Assembly (NCBI GenBank): GCA_052327205.1
Contig: CM126218.1
Span: forward strand, 81,096,001-81,160,000
Direction of reading: 5' to 3'
Length of the DNA stretch: 64,000 nucleotides
Source: Somniosus microcephalus
Taxonomy: Eukaryota
Made by a program: the position numbers and the translations under genes. Of this stretch, positions 24,133 through 34,775 are shown in pieces. The stretch's first letter is position 1. Each line of letters begins with the position of its first letter. The notes under the pieces were generated by a model. It did no database searches. It was not told the DNA's origin and saw only the letters and a list, made by a program, of their open reading frames with translations.

Positions 24133-26085
24133 TTACATGTAGCGTGACATGAACCCAAGATCTCGGTTGAGGCCGTCCTCATGGGTGCGGAACTTGGCTA
24201 TCAGTTTCTGCTCGACAATTTTGCGTTGTCGTGAGTCTCGAAGGCCGCCTTGGAGAATGCTTACCCGAAGATCGGAGGCTGAATGTCCTTGACTGCTGAA
24301 GTGTTCCCCGACTGGGAGGGAACACTCCTGCCTGGTGATTGTTGCACGGTGTCCGTTCATCCGTTGTCGCAGTGTCTGCATGGTCTCGCCGATGTACCAT
24401 GCTCCGGGGCATCCTTTCCTGCAACGTATGAGGTAGACAACGTTGGCCGAGTCACATGAGTATGTACCATGTACCTGGTGGGTGGTGTCCTCACGTGTGA
24501 TGATGGTATCTGTGTTGATGATCTGGCATGTCTTGCAGAGGTTGCTGTGGCAGGGTTGTGTGGTGTCGTGGTCGCTGTTCTCCTGAAAGCTGGGTAATTT
24601 GCTGTGAACGATGGTCTGTTTGAGGTTAGGCGGCTGTTTGAAAGCGAGTAGTGGAGGCGTGGGGATGGACTTAGCGAGGTGTTCGTCGTCATCGATGACA
24701 TGTTGAAGGCTGCGAAGAACATGGCGTAGTTTCTCCGCTCCGGGGAAGTACTGGGCGACGAAGGGTGCTCTGTTGGTTGTGTCCCGTGTTTGTCTTCTGA
24801 GGAGGTCTATGCGATTTTTCGCTGTGGCCCGTCGGAACTGTCGATCGACGAGTCGAGCGTCATATCCCGTTCTTACAAGGGCGTCTTTCAGTGTCTGTAG
24901 GTGTCCATCGCGTTCCTCCTCGTCTGAGCAGACCCTGTGTATTCGCAGGGCTTGTCCATAGGGGATGGCTTCTTTAACGTGGTTAGGGTGGAAGCTGGAG
25001 AAGTGAAGCATCATGAGGTTGTCCGTGGGCTTGCGGTAGAGTGAAGTGCTGAGGTGTCCGTCTTTGATGGAGATTCGTGTGTCCAGGAATGAGACCGATT
25101 CTGAGGAGTAGTCCATGGTGAGTTTGATGGTGGGATGGAACTTGTTGATGTTATCGTGTAGTCTTTTCAGTGATTCTTCGCCGTGGGTCCATAGGAAGAA
25201 AATGTCGTCGATGTATCTGGTGTATAGCGTTGGTTGGAGATCCTGTGCAGCGAAGAAGTCTTGCTCGAACTTGTGCATGAAGATGTTTGCGTATTGGGGT
25301 GCGAATTTGGTCCCCATGGCTGTTCCGTGTGTTTGGGTAAAGAACTGGTTGTCGAAGGTGAAGACATTGTGGTCAAGGATGAAGCGGATGAGTTGTAGGA
25401 TGGCGTCTGGAGATTGGCTGTTGTTGGTGTTGAGTACTGAGGCTGTCGCAGCGATGCCGTCATCGTGGGGGATACTGGTGTAGAGTGCCGAGACGTCCAT
25501 CGTGGCGAGGAGTGTTCCTGGTTCAACTGATCCGTGGGTGCTGAGTTTCTGTAAGAAGTCTGTAGTGTCGCGACAGAAGCTGGGGGTTCCCTGTACGATG
25601 GGTTTCAGGATGCCCTCGACATATCCAGAGAGGTTCTCACACAGGGTTCCGTTGCCTGATGCGATAGGACGTCCAGGTGTGTTGGCTTTGTGTATCTTTG
25701 GGAGGCAGTAGAAGTCTCCCACGCGGGGAGTACGTGGGATGAGAGCATGTAGGATGCTTTGAAGGTCTGGATCGAAGGTTTTGATCAGTCTGTTGAGTTG
25801 GCGGGTGTGTTCTTTGGTCGGATCTGCGGGTAACTGTCTGTAGTGTTCCTGGTTGTCCAGTTGTCGGTATACTTCTTTGCAATAGTCCGTTCTGTTCTGT
25901 ATGACGATGGCACCTCCTTTGTCTGCTGGTTTGATGACGATGTTGCGGTTGGTCTTGAGAGCGTGGATGGCGTTGCGTTGTGCTCGGGTGACATTCTGGA
26001 CTGTCTTGTGAGTGCGGCTGATGAATCTGGCGTTGATGCATCTCCTGACAGCTTGAGCATACATGTCAAGCTTAGGGCAGCGACC
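24133..26085 (-). CDS. Penelope RT + GIY-YIG endonuclease (open frame, N-terminally truncated)
   Basis: PADKGG, LPKIHK..PGRPI, DVSALYT, GTAMG, RYIDD, FLD, VVYLIRC..YIGET..RMNGH..GLN. Confidence 0.95.
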   Translation of the reverse strand, partial: GRCPKLDMYAQAVRRCINARFISRTHKTVQNVTRAQRNAIHALKTNRNIVIKPADKGGAIVIQNRTDYCKEVYRQLDNQEHYRQLPADPTKEHTRQLNRLIKTFDPDLQSILHALIPRTPRVGDFYCLPKIHKANTPGRPIASGNGTLCENLSGYVEGILKPIVQGTPSFCRDTTDFLQKLSTHGSVEPGTLLATMDVSALYTSIPHDDGIAATASVLNTNNSQSPDAILQLIRFILDHNVFTFDNQFFTQTHGTAMGTKFAPQYANIFMHKFEQDFFAAQDLQPTLYTRYIDDIFFLWTHGEESLKRLHDNINKFHPTIKLTMDYSSESVSFLDTRISIKDGHLSTSLYRKPTDNLMMLHFSSFHPNHVKEAIPYGQALRIHRVCSDEEERDGHLQTLKDALVRTGYDARLVDRQFRRATAKNRIDLLRRQTRDTTNRAPFVAQYFPGAEKLRHVLRSLQHVIDDDEHLAKSIPTPPLLAFKQPPNLKQTIVHSKLPSFQENSDHDTTQPCHSNLCKTCQIINTDTIITREDTTHQVHGTYSCDSANVVYLIRCRKGCPGAWYIGETMQTLRQRMNGHRATITRQECSLPVGEHFSSQGHSASDLRVSILQGGLRDSRQRKIVEQKLIAKFRTHEDGLNRDLGFMSRYM

Positions 26086-27313
26086 CTCCGGAGAAGGAGC
26101 AGCGCTCCGAAAGCTTGTGATTTCAAATAAAGCTGTTGGACTATAACCTGGTGTTGTGTGACTTCTTACATTTGACCAATACTGCCACACCACCTCCTAT
26201 CTTTCCTTCCCAATCTTTCCTGAACACTTTATAACCAGGAATATTTAATACCCAATCCTGCCCTTTTTTGAGCCAGGTCTCAGTTATTGCCTCAACATCA
26301 TATTCCCATCTGGCTATTTGTGCCTGCAGTTCACTTACTTTGTTTACTACACTTCGTGCGTTCACATACATACACTGTAAACCCATCTTAGACCATCCTG
26401 TATTCTCTCTTCATTTGACCCCACCTAATACTTTACTATTTCTTACTTTAGTGCTCTCTGCCTCTCCCAATTCTTTGAGCACTTTGTTTCACCTTTCTAA
26501 TGTTACATCCTGGTGCCCATCTCCCTGCCATATTAGTTTAAACCCTCCACAACAGCACAGCAAACCTCCCCGCGAGGATATTGGTTCTGGCCCTGTTGAG
26601 GTGCAACCCGTTCGGCATGTATAGGTCCCACCTCCCCCAGAACCAGTCCCAATGCCCCAGGAATCTAAAGCCCTCCCTCCTGCACCATCTCTCCAGCCAC
26701 GCACTCATCTGCACTATCCTCCTACTTCTATACTCACTAGCACGTGGCACTGGGAGTAATCTGGAGATTACTACCTTTTGAGGTCCTGCTTTTTAATCTC
26801 TTTCCTAGCTCCCTGAAATCTGCCTGCAGGGCCTCATCCCTCTTTCTATTTATGTCGTTGGTACCGATATGGACAATGACCTCTGGCTGTTCACCCTCCC
26901 GCCTCAGAATGTTCTGCAGCCACTCGGTGACGTCCTTGACCTTGGCACCAGGGAGGCAACAAACCATCCTGGAGTCATGTCTGCGGCCGCAGAAAAGCCT
27001 GTCTGATCCCCGAACTATCAAATACCTTACCACTATTGCTTTCCCACTCTTCTTCCTCCCCCCCTGTACAGCTGAGCCACCCGTGGTGCCGCAGACTTGG
27101 CTCTGGCTGTACTCCCCAGAGGAACCATCGCCCTCGCCAGCACTCAGAACCAAATACTGGTTGGAGAGCGAGATGCACTCAGGAGACTCCTGCACGACCT
27201 GCCTGGTCCTCCTCTTCTGTCTGGTGGTCACCCATTCCCTTTCTGCCTGCACACTCTTTATCTACGGGGTGACCACCTCCTGAAACGTGCTATCCACGAA
27301 ACCCTCAGCCTCA

Positions 27314-27620
27314 CTTGCATTTATGTAGCACCTTTCATGACCTCAGGATGTTCCCGAAGCGCTTTACAGCCAATGAAGTACTTTTTGAAGTGTAGTCACT
27401 GTTGTAATGTAGGAAACACGGCAGCCAATTTGCGCACAGCAAGCTTCCACAAACAACAATGAGAAAGTGACCGGATTATCTGTTTTAGTGGCATTGGTTG
27501 AGGGATTATTATTGGCCAGGACTCCCCTGCTCATCTTCGAAATAGTGCCATGGGGATCTTTTTGCATCCACCTGAGAGGGCAGACGTGACCCTGGGTTTA
27601 ACGTCTCTTCCGAAAGACAG
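27314..27620 (-). mobile_element. SacSINE1-like SINE fragment
   Basis: Deu core and tail homology. Confidence 0.72.
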
Positions 27621-27822
27621 ATTAAAAGGCCGTTTGAAAAGACTGACCAACTGTCCAACTGACTGACGTAAGAAAACTACTAGGCACTTGGTCTGAGTAT
27701 TAAACAAGGCTTTAATCAACTGTTTTCCAACATGGAGATCTAGTTGTGTCCTTCACTAGTTCCTGTTAAAGAATGTCCTGAGTAAGCTGGGCCCATGCCC
27801 GAGTATTTTTACTCTCCCTGGA

Positions 27823-27840
27823 CAGCGCCACCAGCAGGCC
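27823..27840 (-). promoter_or_regulatory. Candidate CTCF-like motif
   Basis: GGCCTGCTGGTGGCGCTG resembles the CTCF core consensus, in non-repeat DNA; motif match only. Confidence 0.25.
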
Positions 27841-28689
27841 ACCCAGTATTATTTCAGAAGTCATTTCCACATGAAAAACAAAATTCATGTCACTGACCAT
27901 CTGGGGAACTTTTCAATGTTCGCTTTGCCTTGGTTGCAGCCAGACTGCGGCTGGTACGATAACGAAGCGGTGTGAGTGCGGCGCTCCAACGTGACTCCTG
28001 ACTGGCCTCAGCGCCAAGACCATTGAGCACGGGCGCTAACTGTGCAATCTAACTGACCTGTAAACGTAAGTGCAGTTACTCAAGCTGGAGGATGTTGCCA
28101 TCCTGCGTGAAACAATAAACGATCGCTGTGGCTTCTAGGTCAATCATCAAAGAAAAAAAAAGTCTGGTTCTTCAGAACACCTGAAACATGAAGAAAACAG
28201 GAAATGACATCTCACACCCACTGAAGAAAAATCCCAAGGACACAGACACAGACCCCAACAAGGTTTTCATTTCCTGCGTGCAAGCAACTGCTATTTTTGC
28301 ATTGTAGAAAAATAAGATAGCTACAGAATGAAAATAAAGCGACAGCGCACGCCAGGACATAATATCAAAAGATTTCTACCAAACTGGCTGCTGCCAATGC
28401 TTTTGTTATTAATCCAGAATTGATGAGTTTTGAATAATATGAGTGCGTGGCTTGAACGTGCAACACGCATCATGTGTTTTTTTTTCCTAGTTCGATTTCT
28501 TAAGGAATTAAATTATTGGCACAATGTTTATGCTCGTTTATATATCCAGAGCAGGCAGCGAGCACGGAGATACAGGAGACAATTCATTGAGTGACGTTGA
28601 GAGGATGTGACTTTTAAGCCCAGACAGTGAATGGGTTACTTCCTGCCCAGTGTTGCGACTTGAATTATTTTCATGTATTTTTTAAAAAT

Positions 28690-28941
28690 ATTCATTCATG
28701 GGATGTGGGCGTTGCTGGCGAGGTCAGCATTTATTGCCCATCCCTAATTGCCCTCGAGAAGGTGGTGGTGAGCTGCCTTCTTGAACCACTGCAGTCCGTG
28801 TGGTGAAGGTACTCCCACAGTGCTGGTAGGGAGGGAGTTCCAGGATTTTGACCCAGCAACGATGAAGGATCGGTCGATATATTTCCAAGTCAGGATGGTG
28901 TGTGACTTGGAGGGAAACTTGGAGGTGGTGGTGTTCCCGTG
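28690..28941 (-). mobile_element. 3' tail of the CR1-group LINE family also found at 32548 and 44260
   Basis: gggatgggcaataaatgctg..cccacatcccatgaa tail. Confidence 0.75.
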
Positions 28942-28943
28942 TA

Positions 28944-29194
28944 CAGTAAACTCTTGTTTAAATGACACTTAATCATCCGGAATTCTTTAATAACTGGCAA
29001 AATAGATAACCGGTAATCTTGCCGAATCCATCCATTTTTCGTTTTTCCGAGTCCGAGTTTCCCGCGGTGGCTGAGTTAGTCGGTGGTTTTTATTTTTTTT
29101 GTGTTAAAAATTGCCTACCTCTCTGTTATCCAGAATTTTTCATCAACTGGCACCATCCTGGTCCCGTAGGTGCCGGATGTGAAAGAGTTTACTG
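28944..29194. mobile_element. pogo/Tigger-like MITE
   Basis: CAGTAAACTCTT..AAGAGTTTACTG; homologous to 19603-19951. Confidence 0.75.
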
Positions 29195-29286
29195 CATATC
29201 AAGTTGCACATTCTATTCGTGCCACGTATTTGTGTGACCCGAGAATAAAATGAATATATAATTCGACAATTAAAGTGTCTGCTGAC

Positions 29287-29460
29287 CAATGTCCCTCGTC
29301 AGCTGCACTGCCACCTGCGTGGCCTGCCTTCCCTCGCCCCCCCCCCCAATGCACAGCCCATTCAAATGTTTGCGCATGCACGGTATCTACACTGTAAAAG
29401 CCGGTGAGCGGCCTGCGCGGGACCTTGCAGATGACTGCGCGCAGCTTAGCGAGGGCATTG
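29287..29460. mobile_element. hAT-type MITE (174 bp)
   Basis: TIR caatg..c(t)cg..agctgc; exact 8-bp TSD CTGCTGAC (29279-29286 / 29461-29468). Confidence 0.8.
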
Positions 29461-29689
29461 CTGCTGACTGTATTTGCTGGTATTTACTGGTGCCAGTGCT
29501 GGTACTAGCACTGGTGCAGAAATGTTGCTAGAATGGTAAAGAAATACAATACCTTAGTGCTAAATGCACTGTCTGCTGTAGTACAGAACCATACATTCTC
29601 GGCGATTCCAACGTGCTATAATGTGATTGGCTATATTATAATCAGTCAAAGTTTTCATTTTTTTACCAGTTATTGTAATGTTACTCAAT

Positions 29690-29902
29690 ATTCTCTACCC
29701 CAGAGGGCTGTGGAGGCTGAGTCATTGAATATATACAAGGCGGAGATAGGCAGATTTTTGAACTACAGGGGGAGTCAAGGGTTATGGGAAGCGGGCAAGA
29801 AAGTGGAGCTAAGGCCAAGATCAGATCAGCCATGATCTTATTGAATGGCGGAGCAGGCTCGAGGGGCCGAATGGCCGACTATTTCTTATGTTCTTATGTT
29901 CT
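29690..29902 (+). mobile_element. CR1 3' tail
   Basis: SLPQRAVEAESLNI..; (ttcttatg)n end. Confidence 0.8.
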
Positions 29903-30402
29903 AATATTGCAGCTCTATCAGTGGAATCACCAATACAAGTTTTGTAAATGAATAAACTCAACGATCTAATGAACTAGAACATGACTGCCTTGACATCGCA
30001 TGTGCAATATTATTAACAAACATGTTAATGCAACTGAATTTTTATTTAAAAAATTTATCCATTATTTTAATGAAGATAGGCAGGTTAACACCTTTGTTAA
30101 AATAGTGAGTGGAATTGCACACTGACATGTTCACATACTAATAGTGCACAGCACAACCTCAGCCAATACATCTTTGGATGGGCAGACACACTGATGGAAG
30201 TTTGGCCTTTCACAGGATCTCACACCTGTTGAAATCCTCACCTCCCTGCTACAATCCGCCCAAGCTTGACATCACCTTCATCACTACTTAGATAAACCTA
30301 CAAATGCCCATTGGTAATAGGAGCAGATGATATATAACATATTCACGTGTCATTTCCCTGCCTGTTTTATAAAATAGCGGACAGAGCATTGCAATAGGAA
30401 CT

Positions 30403-30870
30403 ATTTCTTCTTCTTAGGCAGTCCCTCGGAGCCGAGGATGACTTGCTTCCACATTAAAAATGAGTTCTCAGGCGACTGATGAGTCCAATGCAGGACCTAC
30501 AGTCTCTGTCACAGGTGGGGCAGATGGTGGTTGAAGGGGGCGGGTGGGTGGGGTGCTTGGGTTGACGTGAGCTCCTTGCGCTGCCTGCGCTTGACTTCCG
30601 CTTGCACCCGACGAAGAGGCTCGAGGTGTTCGGTGCCTTCCCGGATGCTTCTCCTCCACTTTGTGCAGTCTTGGGCCAGGGATTCCCAGGTGTCGGTGGG
30701 GATGTTGCACTTTTTCAAGGAGGCTTTGAGGGTGTCCTTGAAGCGTTTCCTCTGCCCACCTCGGGCTCTCTTGCCATGTCGGAGCTCCGAGTAGAGTACT
30801 TGTTTTGGGAGTCTCGTATCGGGCATGCGGACAATGTGGCCCGTCCGTCGGAGCCGATCGAGCTTTGAAT
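30403..30870 (-). mobile_element. RTE LINE 3' fragment
   Basis: MPDTRLPKQVLYSEL..GGQRKRFKDTLK; same 3' UTR as 14880-14937. Confidence 0.9.
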
Positions 30871-31294
30871 GTTAAACACTCGCCCACTAATATTACCAAT
30901 GGTACGTTCTACGTTGCAATCTCTCTGACTCTTTTCAACCTTCATGGTTTCCTACGCTATCTTTGGTCCTTATTCAGGTTTCATCATTTTAAAGAGAAAC
31001 AGACCAGAAAGTGCCTTTGACGTTTTACCACCTTAAAGCGCCTTACACGGTTTAAAAGGCACTATAAAAGGTGGCGTTAAAGGCACTATATAAATGCAAG
31101 CTGTGGTTGTTGAAAGTGTTTGCTGATAGGCCTCTTTTGCTTTGCTAGATTTAGTTAGCAAATTGGATTAGACCATCCCAAATCAAAGCTTTTCCTGATG
31201 GCGGCCAGGATTTTATATTTCCCAAACTTGAAGCATTTAAAAAAATAAAATAACTCCTCCATTTCCTTTTCAAAAGAAGCACCTATCTAATATA

Positions 31295-31535
31295 GAGTCG
31301 TAGAATCGTAGAATAGCACCGCACAGAAGGAGGCCACTCGGCCCATCGAGTCTGCGCCGGCTCTTTCGAAGAGCGATCCAATTAGTCCCACTCCCCCGCT
31401 CTCTCCCCATATCCCTGCAAATTTTTCTCCTTCGAGTATTTATCCAATTCCCTTTTGAAGGCTACTATTGAATCTGTATCCACCGCCCTATCAGGCAGCG
31501 TGTTCCAAATCCTAACCACTCGTTGCGTAAAAATC
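31295..31535 (-). mobile_element. CR1 3' tail
   Basis: Homologous to 20545-20780. Confidence 0.75.
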
Positions 31536-32199
31536 CAGATCTAAATAAGCGATGGGCAGGCCTGCACCCTTAAATCGTTGTCCATGAGTGAATTATAAAG
31601 TTGTGGCCTATCCCTCAACTGGAACTCTTGATGTTTAGTTCATGATTTCAGTTTGCTGCCACTCATTTTCTGAAGTCTGCTTTTCCTAAGTGCCTAGAAT
31701 TGTATTCCAAAGAGCTTGGGATATTTCTGCATTTGTACTCTGGTTTTTGTGTTGCACACCTTGTTTATACTGAATCCCGCAAGGTGATCCCTGCACACAC
31801 TGCCAGAGTACCACCACCAGCGAATGTAAGTAATCAGCTCTGCCAACGCACTCGTGCCAAGCTGCTATTTATACTACTTGGGAAGTGTTCAATCTGCCCA
31901 CTCCTGCCAGCAAAGTGATTTCTTTAATGCTGTTCACCTATAATACCCGAAATCAGGGAAGGTCTGAGGGGAGAAAATTTAAATCATAATTGTGTCTTTC
32001 AAATGTCACAGTTGGTTTTATGTTGCTGCTCGTTCTCTGAAATCCGGCCACAAATGTTAGATCCCAGAGCATCAGGGGTTGAGATTGATCGACATATTTC
32101 CAGTTGAAGGATTATTTTTAAGTTGTTCATTACTTGCCAAATCGTTCCCTTCCCCTGTGCTCGCTGACCGACAATGGCTCCCAGTCCGGCAACGCCTCG

Positions 32200-32548
32200 A
32201 TTTAAAAATTCCTTGTTTCCAAATCCCTCCGTGGCCTCGACCCTCCCTATCTCTGCAACCTCCTCCAGCTGTACAACCCATTGAGATCTCTGCGCTCCTC
32301 CAATTCTGGCCTCTTCCGCATACCATGATTTCCATCGCTCCGCCATTGGCAGCCGTGCCTTCAGCTGCCTCGGCACAAAGCTCTGGAATTCCATCCCTAA
32401 ACCTCGCTCTCCTCCTTTAAGATGCTCGTTAAAACCCACCTCTTTGACCAAGCTTTTGGTCACCTGCCCTAATATCTCCTTACGTGGCCCGGTGTCAAAT
32501 ATTGTTTGATAATCGTTGCTGTGAAGCGCCTTCGGATATTTTACTACT
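32200..32548 (+). mobile_element. L2 3' fragment
   Basis: L2 tail (..ctccctatctctg.aacctcctccag..gaccaagcttttggtcacctg). Confidence 0.75.
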
Positions 32549-32990
32549 TATCCAGGACAAAGCAGCCCACTTGATTGGCGACCCATCCACCACCTTAAAC
32601 ATTCACTCCCTCCACCACCGGCGCACCGTGGCTGCAGTGTGTACCATCTACAAGATGCACTGCAGCAACTCGCCAAGGCTTCTTCGGCAACACCTCCCAA
32701 ACCCGCGACCTCTACCACCTAGAAGGACAAGGGCAGCAGGCGCATGGGAACACCACCACCTCCAAGTCCCCCTCCAAGTCACACACCATCCTGACTTAGA
32801 AATATATCGGCCGTTCCTTCATCGTCGCTGGGTCAAAATCTTGGAACTCCCTCCCTTACAGCACTGTGGGAGCACCTTCACCACACGGACTGCAGCAGTT
32901 CAAGAAGGCGGCTCACCACCACCTTCTGAAGGGGCAACCAGGGATGGGCAATAAATGCTGGCCTTGCCAGCGACGCCCACATCCCATAAA
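32548..32990 (+). mobile_element. CR1-group LINE 3' fragment
   Basis: IQDKAAHLIG..LHHRRTVAAVCTIYK; same family as 44260-45350. Confidence 0.8.
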
Positions 32991-33527
32991 CGAAAATGTT
33001 TTAAAAATCTACGTTAAAGACTGTAAATACAAGTTGTTGTTTTTTGTTGTTGTTTTGCAGAAGGCATTGTCCTCTTACTAAGTTACAGTTCTGCTGGTGT
33101 TGGTCACTCCCTCAATTAAATGGCCATCATTACCTTCCCCTAGGGGCATTGAGGCCACTACCACTATTCCAGCTCAGAACAGCTAATTCAGCAAAGATCG
33201 GAGCTCAGACCTGAGACATGCCTTGTCAGCTATTCATTGGTAAACTCACTGGGCCAACTGGGAACCATTTGAAATGGTTCTGTACAATATAAGCGCACCA
33301 TAAATGTCTAACTACTTGGTGGTACATTTTGTTGTGTGTATGTGTGAGCCATTTCCTTCTCTTACAGTTTGCAGGAGACCCTGTCATTTAAATCCATTTT
33401 TGACATTCACAGGTTTCAACCAGCAAACCACATTATTGTTACGAATGTCTCCTGAATCATGTTTAGTTCCTCTTTTGAATCAACTTTGGCAAAACTACTG
33501 ACAGATGAATAATGAACACTTTGACAC

Positions 33528-33782
33528 TGTAGTGTATGTACCCGTCTACCTTTAAGAGAACTATTGTATGTAACCGTTCACCTTTAAGAGAACTACTTTA
33601 GGTGTGGCACTACTTGTTTGGCTTCTGTATACTGTAATACCGACGGTGACCACACCGGTATATAAGTGTTGTGGCATGGTTCCTTGGGCAGATTCGCCCT
33701 GACCTTCGAATAGTAAAGACCTGTTTGTTTGTTATTCCTGAAGTCTGTGTCGTTATTAACTGTACAACCCACAGACTTTACA
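33528..33782 (+). repeat. 5' LTR (255 bp)
   Basis: TG..CA; 4 mismatches to the 3' LTR; ~33-bp duplication in U3; tatataa and agtaaa signals. Confidence 0.96.
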
Positions 33783-33783
33783 G

Positions 33784-33793
33784 TGGCGACGAG
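33784..33793 (+). promoter_or_regulatory. Primer-binding site, tRNA-Ser(GCU)-like
   Basis: TGGCGACGAG 1 nt after the LTR; complements a tRNA 3' end ..CUCGUCGCCA. Confidence 0.85.
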
Positions 33794-34304
33794 TCCGGCC
33801 GTACCCTGCGGCAAGACTACCAAAGCAACTAAAGAGCGTCGAAGAGAGGCAACCGCCCTCGCCGTTCTGCTGGAAGAAAACACGAGGCTGCAGCAATAGA
33901 AAGGAGGAAGACTTTAGCAACAAAAGCTTCCAGCAGCAACAGGCACTGACTACCCTTCTACCACGGTGCGGAGTGAGCCGACCAGCAGGGAGCAAGGCGG
34001 CCGAAGAGACTGTGAGTAGGGGAAGGTGTAACGAAATCCGGAGGATAAGGGCTGTGCACTCGACCACGGTCGAGGGGGAGCAGAGCTGGTCAGGAAGTCG
34101 GGTCCAACGGCGTCGTGAGATAGCCGGACCGCGATCGGCGGGAAAAGCCGGGCAGCGACCGAAGTCACGAAGCGCTGAGACCGGGAGCAAGCGCGGGAAG
34201 AGAGAAACTCAGCCGCAGCCGGGGAGGGAAGCACCGGACTGCGTGAGGGCTGGGAGGCGAACGGGAGCCGGGCGTGTGGGAGAGGCAGAGCCGACCAAAG
34301 GAGG

Positions 34305-34560
34305 CTGCGCGAGAGCCAGTCCAGCGGCTGAACTGTTCTCCACCAACGGGGTACCCAGCGCCGGTAGAGCCGAACGTGGGGGAGAGAGAGACAGAGCCAA
34401 GCAAGGGGAGAGAGACTGCGCGAGAGCCAGTCCAGCGGCTGAACTGTTCTCCGTGAACGGGGTACCCAGCGCCGGTAGAGCCGTGCGAGCGGGAGAGAAA
34501 GACAGAGCCGAGTAAGGGGAGCTGTGCGGAAGCCAGCCCAGCGGCTGAACCTGTCCGCTG
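34305..34560 (+). repeat. ~111-bp tandem repeat (~2.5 units) in the element leader
   Basis: gagagccagtccagcggctgaac at 34311 and 34422, degenerate at ~34530. Confidence 0.8.
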
Positions 34561-34775
34561 TGGGGAAAGCATACCCCTCCCACCAGGGAAGAAACACGGG
34601 AAGCCGCCATTAGGCGGAGAAGACGACAGACGTGGGAGACCGCCATTGAAGGGGCGGGGAGAGAAGGAAAGAGCGGGAAACCACAATTTTCGCGGGAAAA
34701 ACCGCCATCTTAGAAATAAATAAATAATAAATAAGAATTTAAAGAAATACTTGTGCTGCTCCCAAGGAAAGGAAG

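Larger units (their letters stand above)
23662..26171 (-). mobile_element. Penelope-like element, 5'-truncated, with an inverted partial pseudo-LTR at its 5' end
   Basis: 13-bp TSD TTGACCAATACTG (23649-23661 / 26172-26184); ~26092-26174 is an inverted copy of the 3' pLTR; splits the CR1 endonuclease. Confidence 0.95.
20545..27310 (-). mobile_element. Near full-length CR1 LINE (ORF1 esterase; ORF2 APE endonuclease + RT), degenerate and interrupted
   Basis: ORF1 CLPGAKVKDV..VHIGTNDI (SGNH-like) at 26490-27300; EN YVNARS..ITETW, YRPP, MGDFN, LLDLV, SDH; RT GVPQGSVLGP, FADD; CR1 tail at ~20545. Confidence 0.93.

Noticed and set aside
26086-26193. Native N-terminus of the 686-aa Penelope ORF
   Set aside because: These codons derive from CR1 flank and the inverted pLTR; the element is 5'-truncated
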